From: Yuukianura sp. NJ FZ-2021
Lineage: Eukaryota
Direction of reading: 5' to 3'
Length of the DNA: 64,000 bases
Assembly (NCBI GenBank): GCA_046563655.1
Contig: CM102285.1
Location: 8,618,001 to 8,682,000 of the forward strand
Within the stretch, counting starts at the first letter, position 1, and every line of letters starts with the position of its first letter. The translations under genes were made by a program, and so were the position numbers. Below are positions 46,217 to 61,200 of this stretch, piece by piece. Below the pieces are notes generated by a model. That model was not told the DNA's origin. It saw only the letters and a list, made by a program, of their open reading frames with translations, and made no database searches.

Positions 46217-49200
46217 ATGGAGTCGAGGGGTGACAGAGTCGTCCAGCAGAAGACTGGTAACCACTGTGAGGCTCTTCATCAAAGTCAAGTGGCGGCAGTG
46301 ATGGTTCGAGTGCCGTCCGAATCCTCGCTTACACCTGAGTCACGGACAGGCTCCAGTACGCGCATCTCTGGACTCACGCAGACGACGAAGCGATCCAGAA
46401 GAAAAAGACTTCTGTGCGAAGGCAAGCAACTATTTTACTTTTCAAATCTACTCAATCATATACTGGACGAAAGTTCCCAAATTCTCAGAGTTCAAGTTCA
46501 AATTATGTATAATGCTTAGAAAATTTTTAATTAAAAAAAGGTAAATTGCACAAGAAGAAGTTCATAGACCTTGCCGAGTCTTGAAACAAAATACAATTGC
46601 GTTTCAAAAGCAGTTTCGACACACAACGTGTAGCATGAAATTGTAAAATTTCCCAGTGAATAGATGTTTGCTGCTTCTTTCCAAAAAGTACGTACGTGTA
46701 TACAGAATATGAAATTCGCCTTAGAGTTCTACCAACTATGAGAGAGGTGTGTTGTTGGTTGAATGTAAAAGTTTTGGAAAAAAAAAAGTGATTAGAGAGG
46801 TCCAGATTTCAAACTGATTCTGACTCTAGTAGAATCAGAATCAGAGTAAAATGGTGCTTAGTTCCAGTTTTTTCTGATTCTGACTGTAGTTCACCCCGGG
46901 AAATTCAAAATTTGAATGTGGCTAAGTAGAGCACAATCAGAATCAGGTTCGGAGTTATGTTTTTAGAAAGGGAGAAATTGATTCTAGAAAATATTGTAAC
47001 CGCCCCTTTTGGGCCTAGAATCAGCTTTTAGAATCAGAATCAGCAAATCTGGACCTCTCTATTGAGTTATCCTCAGTTGCTGTTTTGCGGACAGACCAAT
47101 TTAGCTATCGGAAATTGGTTACGCTGGTACTCCAGTATTTCATTTTTTGTTGGTTATAAGTTTTTAGACTCGCAGTGGGTAAGGATATTGGTGAGCTTGA
47201 TGCAGTGGGCTGAAGTGACTTGCGTGCTATTTTTGAAAGTGATCCATCTTGAGGAAAATAAAGTGTAAGCAGGGGTTATTCAGAGATGAGTTCTCGATGA
47301 CAAGGAGAAAGTCCGCGTGGAAAGCAGTCTTTCTTGTGGAAGAGGCTGCAGCTGATCTTCGCAGGACTCCTCCCAGAACTTGTGTACCGTATTTTCCCAA
47401 ATAATACACCCGGTGTACTAATTTTGTTTTCGACTTCTGGGGGTGGTGTACTATTAGGGACCTGGTGTACTATTAGGGACGGTGTATTAATTCTTTTTTC
47501 CAAAAAGCATTTTATTTTTTACTAACCTCTCATTGAAATTACGCAAGAAATATTCGAATTTTGCTTGCAAAAATTTTAAAGAAGCCTCTAAATGATGTGT
47601 ATTTTGTAGAATTACTTGTGTAGGAACAAGATAGAAAGAACATTAATGTTTTTGTTGTATTTAGTTGGTGGATATTCACTTTTTGAGCATTTCGTCCAGG
47701 ATATATCCACTGGATAAATGGATAAATCCGGATGAAATCCAGTTTCAGATGGACGAAGTTGAGTTTCGTCCGGAAGAAACCAAGAAAATCCGGATATATC
47801 CACCACTTTCGAGGGAAGTGGAAGAAGTATTTTATCCATCCACCAACACTAATTTAATTAATAGCTAAACTTTTCCAGTAGGCATATACTCAGAGTTGCT
47901 GGAAATCCACTTTTTCGATATTTCGTCAATGGGTGCGCATATCAAGAGACGGTTTAAAATGCAAATAAATTATTTTATAATAATTAACTTAAATTTATTT
48001 AAACTCCGCTGAATTTTTAATTTGTTGCATTCACCGTCCACTACAACCCCATTTATTCTACTGGATATCCGGATGGATTAAGCCACTGGATGTTTAAGCA
48101 TACAGCAACACTGGGCATACTCCAAATACCCGGTGTAATTGGAGACCCGGTGTACTATTTGGGACGGTGTACTAATTAATTTTTGGGGCCCCGACCCCGG
48201 TGTACTATTAGGGACCCGGTGTACTATTAAAGTATGGTGTACTATTAGGGAAAATACGGTATGCTAAACTAGGATAATGTAGGATCAAGACGGAACAAAT
48301 TGTATGCTACTCACAGCGGTTACCCGCCGCAACCCTCAGCCGCCTTATAAACTCTGCCTTTCACTTTCTCATACAAAATGAACTGCCAAAGGAACCGTAT
48401 GCCCACAAAGGTACACAAAGTCCAAATGTTTCAAAAGAAAAAGAGAAAGCGAAAAGTGTGCCGCCACAAAACTAGTTTTCCTTTCTTCTTTTTGAAATCA
48501 ACCTTTACCAGCAGAAACTTTGTGTGTATGTCCCTCTGACCAAATTTCCAATTTCAGAACTCCAAAAATTGTTTCCACTACTGTTTTGGGCGGGAAAAAA
48601 ACTTAGTATGGGAAGTATAACGTTGAAAGACTATTCTCCTAAGGTCTCCACGTCCTGGAAGGCAATTTACCTCCTCTTTGTAACAAAAATACTTTCCTAT
48701 TTTCTCTCCCTCCTCCAAGTATACTTTCACTTTTGGTCCAAAAACCTTGTTTGCACCCCTCCTTCCGCTCTCTCCGTCACGCATCAACTTCAACTTCAAC
48801 TTTCAGAAATCGTCTTTTCCTTCATTTTTTTTTAAAAAGTGCGCTTTTTTGAACTTAGTCAAGCTCAAAATACTTCTAAATTTTTCGGATGCATTTTTAT
48901 GCCTTTACAACCACCGAGAGATGAAATTTAGTATGCCTGGATTGGCCAACACAGTAAAAAAAAACGAGGCAATGTGTAAACTTTTGTGGTTGTAAGTCAA
49001 TTTCCACACGAAAAGTTTTGCTATGCTTTCTTTCTTTTTTCTAAAAAATCTTTCTCATTTTTTTTTTGTTTTTGGGTAGAACACATTTTTATGGCGGAAG
49101 TTTCACATGTGGCTTCCATTGTCTTGTGTGGGATTGAAGGAAGAAGCTGTGGAACTTTCTCCACTTCCTCTCTCCCATGAGCTGAATGATGATCTCTGTG

Positions 49201-52200
49201 TATTAAATTATGTGTGGCACTGTTTGCTACTTGGAGTGCAAAAGTCATTGGGAAATTGCTTTTCTTCTTTCTTTTTTTCTCGAAAAAAACTAAAAGAAGG
49301 CGAAAATCCAAGAAATAAACGAAAAGTTTACCATCTTCCTCCTCCTACTTCAGTATCTTACCAGCAGAGATGAAAATAGAAGCACAGTACGACTACCATG
49401 TAATTCCGCCAGTTTTTTTTTCTAGCAGCTCAGAATATGCTGCTTCCTCCGTATGAAAACTTTCACTTGCATGTAATTGTGTGGTCATTCTTGAGTTTTT
49501 GTCGGCGTTCCCAGTTGCCTCATAAAAGTTGCGCCGTTTCCGAAATGGAAAAATACGAACAGGAAACAGCGGCTTCTGCTGGTGCTGCTGTCTTATTCTT
49601 GGGATTATAAAAGTGGAATCTGCAATTTGGTCTTTCCATTGTGTTATTTTTGGGCCCACCTATTATTCATAACGTCTCGTCTCTGCTCCATTACGCGTAG
49701 TAGCCGAGAAAGGAGTCTTGGTGGAATAGAAATGCAGTCTGATGAGCCAGGGATGCGAGGTTATGAGTATCACAATAGAAGAGACCATTTTGTAGTGAGA
49801 TCACGTCCACTTCATATAAAATGTCTTCCTGGAATCACGTTGTGTGTCTGCTTTCACTAGAGTAAAGGTAGAACCCAACCAGACCCTGGAAAACAAGCTT
49901 TCACTGATTATTTGGCATTTGACAAACCACGGAGACTAGGCTCGTCCTTAAGAACTGCCAGATTCATCCAACTGCTCAATTCCCCAATAGAATTCGGGCA
50001 ATAGAATCCTTACTGCGGGGGAAAGACCAGCCACGGTGCGGTTTCGCGGTGCCACTTCGGTGGCAAATCTGATTTACACACTAAACTGAGAGTGCTTCTC
50101 ATTCCGAATGCTAAGTTAACCATAACCTTCGACACTGGCTCCACCAAAACACAAAACAGTAACGTATTCTGAAACAAAGACTTCTGATACAAAGCGGGTT
50201 TGAATTGGCACAAGTTGGAGTCATTTCTCTTGGCAACGTTATCTTTTCGGAAATTTTTGGCATAAAGTGCATGTTACGCACCGTGGACACCAGCTACACT
50301 GGTCTTCGCCGCGAAAGCCTCCAGAATTTCCTGTATTGACTCTGTCCCAACCTGTTACAGCTTCCGGTCTCACTTTCTCCCTGAACCTTGCGTTAGACCG
50401 AAACCTAACCGTCGTCCCCATGTACTTTTAACGGTGTATACCTCCGATTCCACAACTCCTCGTGTTATCGTGTTGAGAATCTTGATTGTGTCCATTAAAC
50501 CTAAGCCTTCAGGATCAGTTGGCTGGAATGGTCACATTGGCAATTGGCCTCTTTTGGGAGCTAGATTTGAAGCTACGGGTGGGATCCCCTGGTCACATTA
50601 CGGGAAATTGTTATTACTGGAGGATGGACCGAAGCGAAACGACGCTTTGGTCCAAAGGGAACAGAATTTGAAGCTCAATGTCAAGCCTATTCAAAAGGAG
50701 AGACAAATGGGACCATGTTGGCAATATAGTAGTACAGAACGTTCCAAAATGTAACACAAGGAGGGTACAGAGGAAATCATAAGACACTTCCCAGCTAAGG
50801 CAACATCCATGACACTTCATTTCCGCTTGTCGTCATCTAAACAACTCCAAAAGTATCATACACTCTTACATTTCCTAGACTTTTATCCATTTTACTTGCA
50901 AAAATCCACCAACAAAATGTTTAACCCAACAACACTAACACTAAAATGTTTGGAATCGATCCGAATCCTTTGAACCATGAAACTCCTGCTGCCATTTCTG
51001 TTTTGATAGAATCCAACCGCTTTCACTGAAGCGCAATTGAACCAAAAACGGACCAGGAAGCAGGATGACTTGCTAATAAAGTAGAAACGAGCGGGTGCTT
51101 ATGATTGGTTGTTAGACGGAGACTGTCGGTGCAACTTCCACTTTCATTTAAATACACGCAAAACCACAGGGGATCTAGTACAACGATTGCAGAGTAAATA
51201 TTGATCCTCAGCGAAGTTATTAACGATCTGTCGTCTTTATGACAAGCGACGTAAGGTGTATCATAACATCCCCGAAATGTCAGCTAGAGAAAGTTGACGA
51301 TGTCATTTGGTTCATTTTGGCTATAAAACTTATGTCGACCGAGTTATGACCTCTTATGGAACAGAGGTCACCATTAGGACTTCTCGAGATCATTACAGAA
51401 GTTGGTAGAAAGTGCAACATAAGTTGAAATAAGCTCAAGTGGTCTTAAGTTGACTAAAAGTAAAGTGGCTGAGTTCCCTCGAAGTGCTGGAATTGTTGAC
51501 ATTTGCGGAGAAAGTCCGAAAAGCATTTTGACATTTTTACTTGAAAACAATCTGTTGCCATTTTGTTGACATTTGTCCACTTCGCTGTTAGAAACTCCAA
51601 GTAATTTAAGTTTCCTCTCAAACTTAACTAAAGTTTAGTTTAGTTTAATTAACTCGTGCTGGATGTTAAAACTTAATTTCTTTTCCTAATTTCTAGGATT
51701 TGAACTGGATCTTCGCCAAATTTGTGTCGTGTGTGGTTTCCTGATTGTGGCTTGTGCACTGGGCGTTGGAGTTGGAGTGCCGATTGCTCTCCAGATGCAG
51801 ACTCAAGCAATTTCTGGTCAGAAGACGAACCTGGTCCGAAAGCTGTTGTCGGAAGTGCCTCTGATAGACGGGTGAGGGCAGTTTGGCCATGTTGACTTAG
51901 TTGAAGTGCCACTTCCCAATAATTGGCAAACATTCCAAGTACTTCCCCACGCCACCACCAGTACACACTGGACTATCCATATGTCAATCCCACTCTTGGG
52001 ATACAGTCAAACGCACAAAAAGTGAAAGTGACTTTCACTTATCCCAATCCCAACACAATTCATAGTTCTTCCATATCAAAAGCATCAACGACAAACTTTG
52101 TTAATGGACATTCAAACCTAGCCAAACTATTAGAAATCGCTCAAAAACTACCGAATTTTTGTATATGAAGCTTTTGTTTAATTTTTTGTAATGTTGACAG

Positions 52201-55200
52201 TTTGTAGTTCTAATTTGATTTGCGAACAACCTTGGCCATATTCATTTTTATCGTGTTCGCTTGAGGTACAGCGATTTCGGCTTGTGAAATTAGCAGAGCA
52301 AATCAATTTGTTTCGGACAGACTTGTTTGAACAAGGGAAAGTCTGTTTTAATGGTCCAAGTACTTTCATATGCTTGCTGCGGCGCGTTTATATAAGATAT
52401 TGGTGTCTGTTGGCAAACTGACACGCATTTCTTGCACTTGGTTAGCCTAGGCTTAGTTCTTCTTACGCGTAATGTTGTTTTCTCCACTTCATCTTCCTTC
52501 CGTCACTTCCTCTCTGAGTTCTATTGAGGCTTTCCTTCACTTTCTCTCTGTCACACCCTTTTGCAGTTTGAATTTTGCATGTCTGGACTTTAGTTTATTT
52601 GTTGTTGTTTAGATCACAATTGCCTCTGACATTAATCTTCATACGTTCTACCCTGGTTTCTCAACGTTAAGGCACAAAAAGCCTTTCTTGGTAGTAGATT
52701 TCGGAAGGCATAAAATGTCAACTTGCTTTCACCGACACAGAGTAGGAGTGTTACCTATGGTCTCTCACCCAGACAAGACACAAAAGCTCCAGTAGGATCC
52801 ATTTCCGTCTTTGTTATGGGATAGAAGGGGGCTTTCCACCCGTCTTTTTGAAGAAAAAAAATACTAAGCGGTTGGGAGTGGTAGGATTTGAAACCAAAAT
52901 CCATATGGATTCCATCCTCTCTGTCTCCTTCTGCCTTCGAAGCTCTCACGATCAGAATCTAATGGAATGAATTGAGACTTATGCCAAAGATTTGGTTCTC
53001 GGAGGGAGATGGATATCGTCTTAAATTTGTAATGCCAAGGGAGCTTTTTCTCTTTGTGACAAAACCCGAAAGTGTAAAAAATTGGAAAAAAAAGAGTAAA
53101 AAGTCACCCGCTGTTTCAGAAGGGGAAAACGTAATGGAGTGTCCGGCAAGGGGAAAGTGGCCAAGTACGCTCTGTTTCCGGAGTGGGATAAGAAGAAGTA
53201 GCTCTCCAACATTTCTTGTGTAGGAAATTGATTCCATTTGAGTTCCGTCTGGGACGTAGAAAGTTAGGTTGAGTTAGGCTAACCTAGAAAGTTGTAGATC
53301 GCCTTGGAACAGTATTATTTTTTGGAAGGAGAGAAATTGAACAGGATTATTTTGAAGAGAGAGGCGGATGTATGTCTGATTTCTACCTCGGAGGCAAAAG
53401 GCAACCTTACTTTCACTACCATAATCGTTCCCAATAACTTTCCCTCGCTTTCATTTTTCCACAAGATTTCACACAGTCCGTCACTTTAGGACTTTCTACC
53501 TTTTCTTACTTCTTTTGTAAAGTCCAACTGATCCGCAGAGACTTAGAAAACCAAAAAAGTTCCTTTTCTCAACTACTTCTTTTGGAAGAGAGAATATTTT
53601 TTGAGTCAATGTGTTGACCATGGCAGTTTGAGAAAATGTCCAAAAGAGGAACTTGGGATTTGGAATTCTGTCGCTGACTTATGGTTTGTGACTGACTTTT
53701 CTCCACGGTGGATTAGGTTGGACGCTCCTTTGGTTCAATGGACCTCAACAGAAGAAGAGAAAAGTTAGTTTTGCAATGGAAATAAAATTGAAAAAGGAAA
53801 CATAGTTTCTTTCTTTCGTTTCTCTTGTTCAATTTAAAATGGGAAAACATTAACACGGACTCTAAATCAAAGGGAGAGAAAGCAATTTGGATTTTTTTTT
53901 TGGAAAGATTGACAAAAACTAACGATCAGAACTTTGGTACTTTTGAGAACTTTTGGAAATGAAGTTTGGGCCATGAGCCAGAGCCTGTAAATTCTGTTGA
54001 AATGGGACTTGAGCAACTTTGACAATTGTGCAATGTCAAAGTTCACGCTAACTGTTATTGGTTTTTTTAACTTTAATTTCATTCAGTTCGTTGTGAGATT
54101 GAATTCCATGGAAGGTTCAGTGCGTCATGAGGTTTTTTGGTATCCTGGCATTTCAGTTTAAATTTTTCGAGCGCAGTTTTGCATATTTCATGTGTCGCGT
54201 TCCTTTCATACTTACCTTTACAATATCAAAATGCTGTAAATTTTGAAACCAGCGCTCCAAGTGTAAACGTTTTTGGAAATAGTGCACTACAGTTCGTATG
54301 TTAGGCAGATCCAAGTGCTTCACTTATTCAGTGTATTTGATTTATACATGCAAGCTTTCCCACATGTTCAAAAGTTTTGCTTTAATTATTGTTCATCAAT
54401 TTTTATTATTTTAAATATTGCTTTCTTAATAATTTATACTTTATGAATTTTGATGTTATAAAAACGAGATGACAACTTGAAAAGTGAAATTTATTCAAAT
54501 GTGATTTTGAAATTCACTAGAGAGAAACTTGTCTTTAAAAAAAATACTGAAATGGTTAAGACGTGAGGACTGTCGACGAAAGAAGAAAAACACGAACCCA
54601 CCTTTTGATTTTGAAAATATTTAGCAATTGAAAATTTGAAATTATTCCCCAGAGCATTATCATTTCCTTCCTTCCGAGTAAGTCTCAGATGTGGATGCTC
54701 CGGTTATTCGGTGGGGAGCAAAGAGGGGGACTTCGGGACTTGTGGGAATTGAATTTTATTGAATTCATTTCGATATAAAATGTCTTTGAGTAAAAGGCTG
54801 CGGTGGGGTTGGAACTCCATCGAACCAAAAGCACAATACCCACCAAAAAACGCACATTCTTCGGATATTATGAAAAAGGAAACATTGAAATGCTCTCAAG
54901 TTGTGGAGGCAAGTCAAACCTACTGTGACGGATATTGAAAAAATTCAGACGCTCGGCTTTTAAATTCTCTTCAGCAGCGAAGCTTCCCTCCATTTGCTAC
55001 CCGCTTTTTAATCCACAAAACTTTCAATTTCTACTAGCAGCAGCATGTTCCATTTTGCCAAATTCCTTCGATTCCATGTTTTCACAGCCTTTCTGTAGTA
55101 TCTTGCTGCACTTCATTTCAGCCTCCAGCGAACATACACGAATCATGTGATTTACAACCGAACCATCCAGCTTTATAGTCAATTTTCTGCATTCCTAACT

Positions 55201-58200
55201 TCCTAAATGTCTTTTTAGAACAAAATTTGGTTTTGTTAATCAAAATTTTCAGAATTTTGAAATGAAATTAATAAGGTTTCGTCGAGGGCTTCCTCTAACG
55301 GTTGTCACTTGAAAAAAGTATGAATGAAGATGAAAACGATTTTTATGACTGGAACAGCGTGTCTATCACTCTTTCATTAATTCATGTTTTAATTCCTTTC
55401 AACAAGACTTGTTTCAAACTCTTCAACTTTTTTTAAGTCCCAAGACGTTGTTCTTATAAGATTTGAGGGAAAGTGGGAAGCGTGTAGTGGCAGTGAAACG
55501 TATCTTTTGAGTTAGCAACTCCAGAATCTGTGAATAATGCAATGATACTTTATACCCTCCAACATAAATTACACTTTCCCCACTCCTTCAGTCTCAAAAA
55601 AAGTACTAGATAAAATACAAGAAGTTGAAAACTGGCATCCCCATAAGTCACAAAACTCCTCGGAATCCCTCTGACACAATGGATGAGAAAATCTCAAAGC
55701 AGAAAAAATAGGAAAACTTTTTTCTTCCACTTTCTCTGTTTTCCATTTTAACATCTTCAGCCTTCCTCCTTCTTACAACTTAGCAGAAGCCGAAACCACA
55801 GTTTTCGAAAGTTCTTTTCTAAAAACGCCTTGGTTTTTTCAAGTTTTTAAGCAAGTAGAGACAAAGGATGAAAGGCAAAGGGGAGAGGCTTTGTTTCAAG
55901 AATTTTAATTAGACAGCTTACAGTTCCTTTCTCCGTCACTTTCACTTCTTCCTTTGTTCAACCAAAACCGAACTAAGGCAAAGCGCTATTCAACCTTAGA
56001 AAACGCAGCCATTTTCTTCGTTCGTTTTTTGAACCTGGTTTTGTTTGTGGTTTTTGCAAAGTCTCGTTCAGGTTAAAGTTGAGTTAAAGGCTTAAATTTT
56101 TTGAATAACAAGTTCGTAATGGGCAGAGTTTAAAGGAGTCAGCAGAGCCAAAATTTCAATTTTCTCTTTTTGTTACAGTCACAATGATCTGGCCTGGAAT
56201 CTTCGAAAGTTCCTTCAAAATCAGTTACGTGAAGTCAATTTTGATGCAGATTTGAGACAAGTAAGTGACTAACTTTTTTGAATTTTCTTTCAAAATCGCA
56301 CATTCAGCAAAAGTAAATTGACTCTTTTTCAGTTGGAGCCGTTTTCTTCCAGTCCTTGGTCACATACGGATCTGATTCGCCTACAAGAAGGAGGCGTCGG
56401 TGCTCAGGTGAATTTTAGAACATAATTCGTTTAGAGCAATTCGTAAGTAATTACGTGTGCGTTTACTTTTGCAGACTAGATTAGGTTATATGGAACAGTA
56501 AAAAAAACTGAAATGTTGGAGGAAATTGGTCAATTTATGAGGAAATTGGAGTAAAATGTGTTTCCTTTAGTTTTTTTTTCTTTAGTCGAAATGACTACTT
56601 TGATCTGTACTTGTTTATGATTTATTGCCATAAAACGATGTGCAACGCAAAGGAGGCATGGAAAGTGTCGTTCCATTTCCCATTCTTAACGATTCTTTTT
56701 CCTCTGTGCAGTTTCTCCCCTAAGGAAATGTCAACTTTCTCCAGTTTCGTATTCGAAACATACGGATTTAAAGGTCGGAAGAATGGAAGAGGCCAAGAGT
56801 CTTGTAACTGCCAACTGTCACAAGATTTATATTTACCCCTTGGACCAGTTACAATTTTATGCCTCAAGATTAAAATTTTCATAGACTCAATTCTGTTGGG
56901 GAATTGTTCAATTTCTATTTTATTTCCATTTTACGAATACTAGGAGGAGAAGAGAGACCATTTCACTTTGAATTTAAATTTAAATTTTATGTTTTGAAAT
57001 TTTCAGTTATGGTCAGCCTATGTTCCGTGCTCAGCTCAACACTTGGATGCAGTACAAATTGCAGTGGAACAAATTGACGTAATCAAGAGACTGGTGCAGA
57101 AGTATCCACATGATCTTCAGTTGGTTTCCTCTGTCAGTGGTAAGATACATTTTAAAACAGAGATTGATTCCAAACTGAAAAAATTGAATATTATTTTTTC
57201 GAAAGAAGTGAAAGTTGGCAATAAAACAGAAAAGAAATTTTCAGTTTAAATCGTTTGTTGTGATCGTGCACAAACTGCACAATTCAAACATCGGAATGCT
57301 TGTAGTAGGTTTTTCAGTGTCGTGCTTGAGGTCACGGGAACGGGGTCATTGGGTTTGATAAATCGCTGTCTCGCTCCAGTGCCAAGCCACGTAGTCCATG
57401 TACTTACTAGAGTAGAGGGAGTAATAATGCATGTACGGAGTGTGTGAATTAAAATTCAAATCAGGTTAGGGGTGTAAGAGAGCGGCGGCTGTTGGAAATG
57501 TTTGCAAATCCTACTTTGTCTCCTGAGATTGGATTGGAGAGGGAAAGCGATTTGGCTTGTAGGCTGAAACAAAGTGGCCTTTCACCAGAGTCGCCTTGTC
57601 ACTGTGATCAGCCTAGCAGAAACAGAAGCTTTCACCTTGCCTTTCTAACTGTAGCTTAAAAATGATGGCAAAGTTGCTGTTGCGAAATTGCCGGATTCGG
57701 TCTCTGGGAACGCGATACGAACGATGGCTTAAAAGCAGAGCGGAAAGTACGTTCAAATCTCTATCCAATTTATCCAGTTCCTCTTTCAACCTAAAGCTCA
57801 AGGCTTAAAACCATTAGCTTTGGAAAATGACACTTTATTTTGAATTCACGAAAGCCGAAAAGTCGTTATTCGTTAACAGAAAAAATTGCCAGCCGTAAGT
57901 TAATGGCCAACATGTTTAGCATCAACTTCACAAGGCTCCAGATATTTTTTAATTTGTTCAGGAATTGTTCATTTTTGAACTAGACGCTAAGTTCCAGAAG
58001 GTTGGGTGTATGATGACGTAAGGGTGAAAGTGTTGTTTTGAGGAGAGGATTCATGGGACACTTCCGTGTCACATTTCTCCATTTGGGTGGCTCTAAAATC
58101 CTCATCATCTGACACTTTTATGAGCCTAATAACTCTCAGACGGCTGACAGGACTCGGAATCTTTTCCTCGGAAGTATGGGAACAAAATGGTTTATGGAAA

Positions 58201-61200
58201 CTCAAATGGAATTTACACTAGGCCCATAACTTACTGACTCTCTCCATTAGGCTTTCCCGGTGGGACAATTACAGGGCAATTGAGCAAAACACATGCTAAG
58301 GACCATGGGAGCCTGAAAAAACCACCGGCCAGAACGCAATCTGAGCTAAAAAATTTTGTTTCGCTGTTTTGAACATTTAATTTTTGAAAATTCTCATTGG
58401 CCATTGTGTACCATGAAAGAATAACGCAAATATTTTGAAAATTGTAAAGTCATAAGGCGTTAATTTATATTTGCAGTTACAGTTACACTGTATCGTTTAG
58501 TCACAGCTGGATCTGGAGCATCTTAATTACATGATTAGCTTCTTTCTGTAAATAAATCAAATAATAAAATGAACAAATAAGAACAAAATTTACCAAAATA
58601 AACCACGTAATTCCCAAAACAGTTAGGCAAAACTGTGATTTGCAGAAAGGATTTTGTAATGTTTAACATTTTCGAACTAAAGAAACACAATCTCCATTTA
58701 CTTTTATTTTCAGCAAACAAAAAAAGAGAAAGTAAAGGAAATAAATAAATCCAAAATCAGAGCAAAGGATCTCCTGCCATTTCTTTTGGCCAAAAAGTCC
58801 TTGTCACCATTGTGCCGAACTTTCCTTGTTGATCTTTTCCTTTGACTTTTACCTTTTCCCTTTAACTTTTCCCCAGAGCCTTGTTCAATCGGATTAGAAA
58901 GCAGGGACAGGATCCGCTTCTAAGAATTTCTAATGTCCATCCCTGTCCCCTCAAGACCCAAATTCTCAATGGGAGGGACAACACTAGTAACTTCCAATTC
59001 AAAAACTTACAATTTCTTCTACACAGTGGAAGTACGTGTTTGAAACAGTGAAAGTAATTCTGTGAGAGGCATATGGAGAGATCCACACTTTGTCTCCTCG
59101 TTCAACTTCCAAGTCTCAAATGGAAATAAAACCGAACTGGGATCGAAAACGACCATAAAAGGAAACTCAGTTTTCTCTTGTCAAGTATCGAGTTTTTGTC
59201 AAATCGAATCACTGAAACGGAGACTCAAAAACTAGAAGAAAGTCTAAAAAGTTAGGATTTGAAGAATAAAAAACCATATTCCAAAAAAGAAATGAAAGTA
59301 GAAACGAAATCAATGATGTTCGAAATAGGAAATAAGGGCAATTTAGGAGCTTTCTTTTGTTTCTCAACTTTCACCGCTTACGATACCACAGAAAGCTCAA
59401 TATTCTCGCTTTGTATTTTTTCTCTAAACCAATTTCTAGCATTTCAACTTTTTTAAAGCTCTTTTAATAATACTTCAGATGAACTGCATTTTGAATTTTC
59501 AAAACACAATTATTTCAAAGGACAATTTTTAGTTCGCTAACTTTTGTTGTGAAGACTCAAGTTAAGCTCGTTAGAAAATGAAACAGATCCTCTTTGAAAA
59601 AAGAAAAAAATGTTTGAAAACTTAGAGAATTCGAAGAGTTAATAATCTAGGTAGTAAGAAAACTTTTTTTTGACTTTTGTAAATAGAAAAGGAAACGCCG
59701 GGAGGCGGTTGTTCCTACTGGAAAAAATTACGTTAAGAGCATTAGGTCGTAAGCTTCTTTTTATGTGGAGAAAGTACTTTCCTTGTAAGATGGTTTTGAT
59801 GAAAATTTAAGTAGTGGAGCGTAATAAAGGTTGATTTAAGGCTAAAGCACGAGGAGAAAGCAAGTAAACAAACAAGCCAACATCAAACTTTGTTTTCCTT
59901 TTCAAAGAAACTGTACGGTAGTGCACTTATTTGTTCACAAAAAAATTTAATTTCATCTGGAAAACTTTTCCCGTTTCTCATTTGGCAATAATTCTTGCTT
60001 TCTTTTTTTAATTTCAGAGGTGGAGAAAGCACATCGTGATAGGCGAATCGCCAGTCTGATTGGTGTAGAAGGAGGTAATTGGACATTATTAGCGCAAGTT
60101 ACTGTTGTTTGTGCTTGTTTTAACTAACTTAATTTGTTAATTTACTTAATTATTGTTCGGTAGGCCATGCAATTGGAAACAGCTTGGCGGTGCTTCGGAT
60201 GCTGTACGACTTGGGCACTCGGTACCTCACCCTTACACACAACTGTCACAATCCGTGGTAAGTTTTCACTGATGGACGATTAGGCTATGATAGATGCTGG
60301 ATGCATTTGTGCGAAATGAGGATTTTGAAATACATGCGTAGTGCAATTTTCAAATTTGCACCCGTTTTTGACGTAGAAGTTATTATGAAAATTTTGAAAA
60401 AGAAAGATAGTTATGTGCTGTGACTTTTGACTTCCTCAGCCTTTAGCCGAGGTTGTTGAGAACACCTTGACTCCTGAGTTCAATTTGGAAAAAATTAAGG
60501 TCCTTGAGTTGAAATTCATTAGGGGCGTAAACAGCAGAGTGATGGGGAAGTGGGATCAGTCTCTGCGGATGCTTTTGAATTCATGGGCAGTTGTTAAGGA
60601 GGTGCACATTACAATTAGGCTGTTAGGGAGGCTCACTTTCTTTGAAAAGATGAAGACAAGGGGAAGGACTCGAGGGAAATTAAGCCCTTCACTCCCTTCC
60701 CTGTCACTTTCTCTCCCTTCTTCCGACGGACGAGGGAAAATGCTTACTTGTAAGGACTCGCCCAGCCGTAAAGGCTCTTTACGACTTTTTAATTTTCAAG
60801 GGACCCAGGCCCTTCAGTTTGAATCCAAATGCTGTAACGCTTCCTTTCAATCTCAGCTCCAATGCATAATTTAATTCACACGAGTGTTTTCGGATCGGCG
60901 ATCCGGGCTAATCCAATCCAATTCGTGAATGGATCAGAAGTGCCTTGTAGCGTTGCTTCAAAAGCGAATCGGTCACGGCTTTACGTTGCAGGAGAAAGCC
61001 AAAGCTTAACGAAATAGAGAATTACAATTTCGTGCAATTCTACGCTCATATGCTACGTATTTTCAGTTCCAAATTTAGAAAACCACAAAGCTTTGAATTA
61101 AACTTTCATTGTACAACACAGCTAGAAATCATCCTACCAAAGTTAATTTGCGACTACAAAATCAGGAAGAAGCAAACGTTGTGCATAACTGCACTTCGTT

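Noticed and set aside
48128..48250. Regularly spaced cggtgtacta repeats superficially like a CRISPR array
   Set aside because: Eukaryotic context, short related spacers and position inside MITE termini show these are subterminal repeats.
49860..50820. GC-richer intronic block with several short ORFs
   Set aside because: No recognisable protein motif and stops in all frames.
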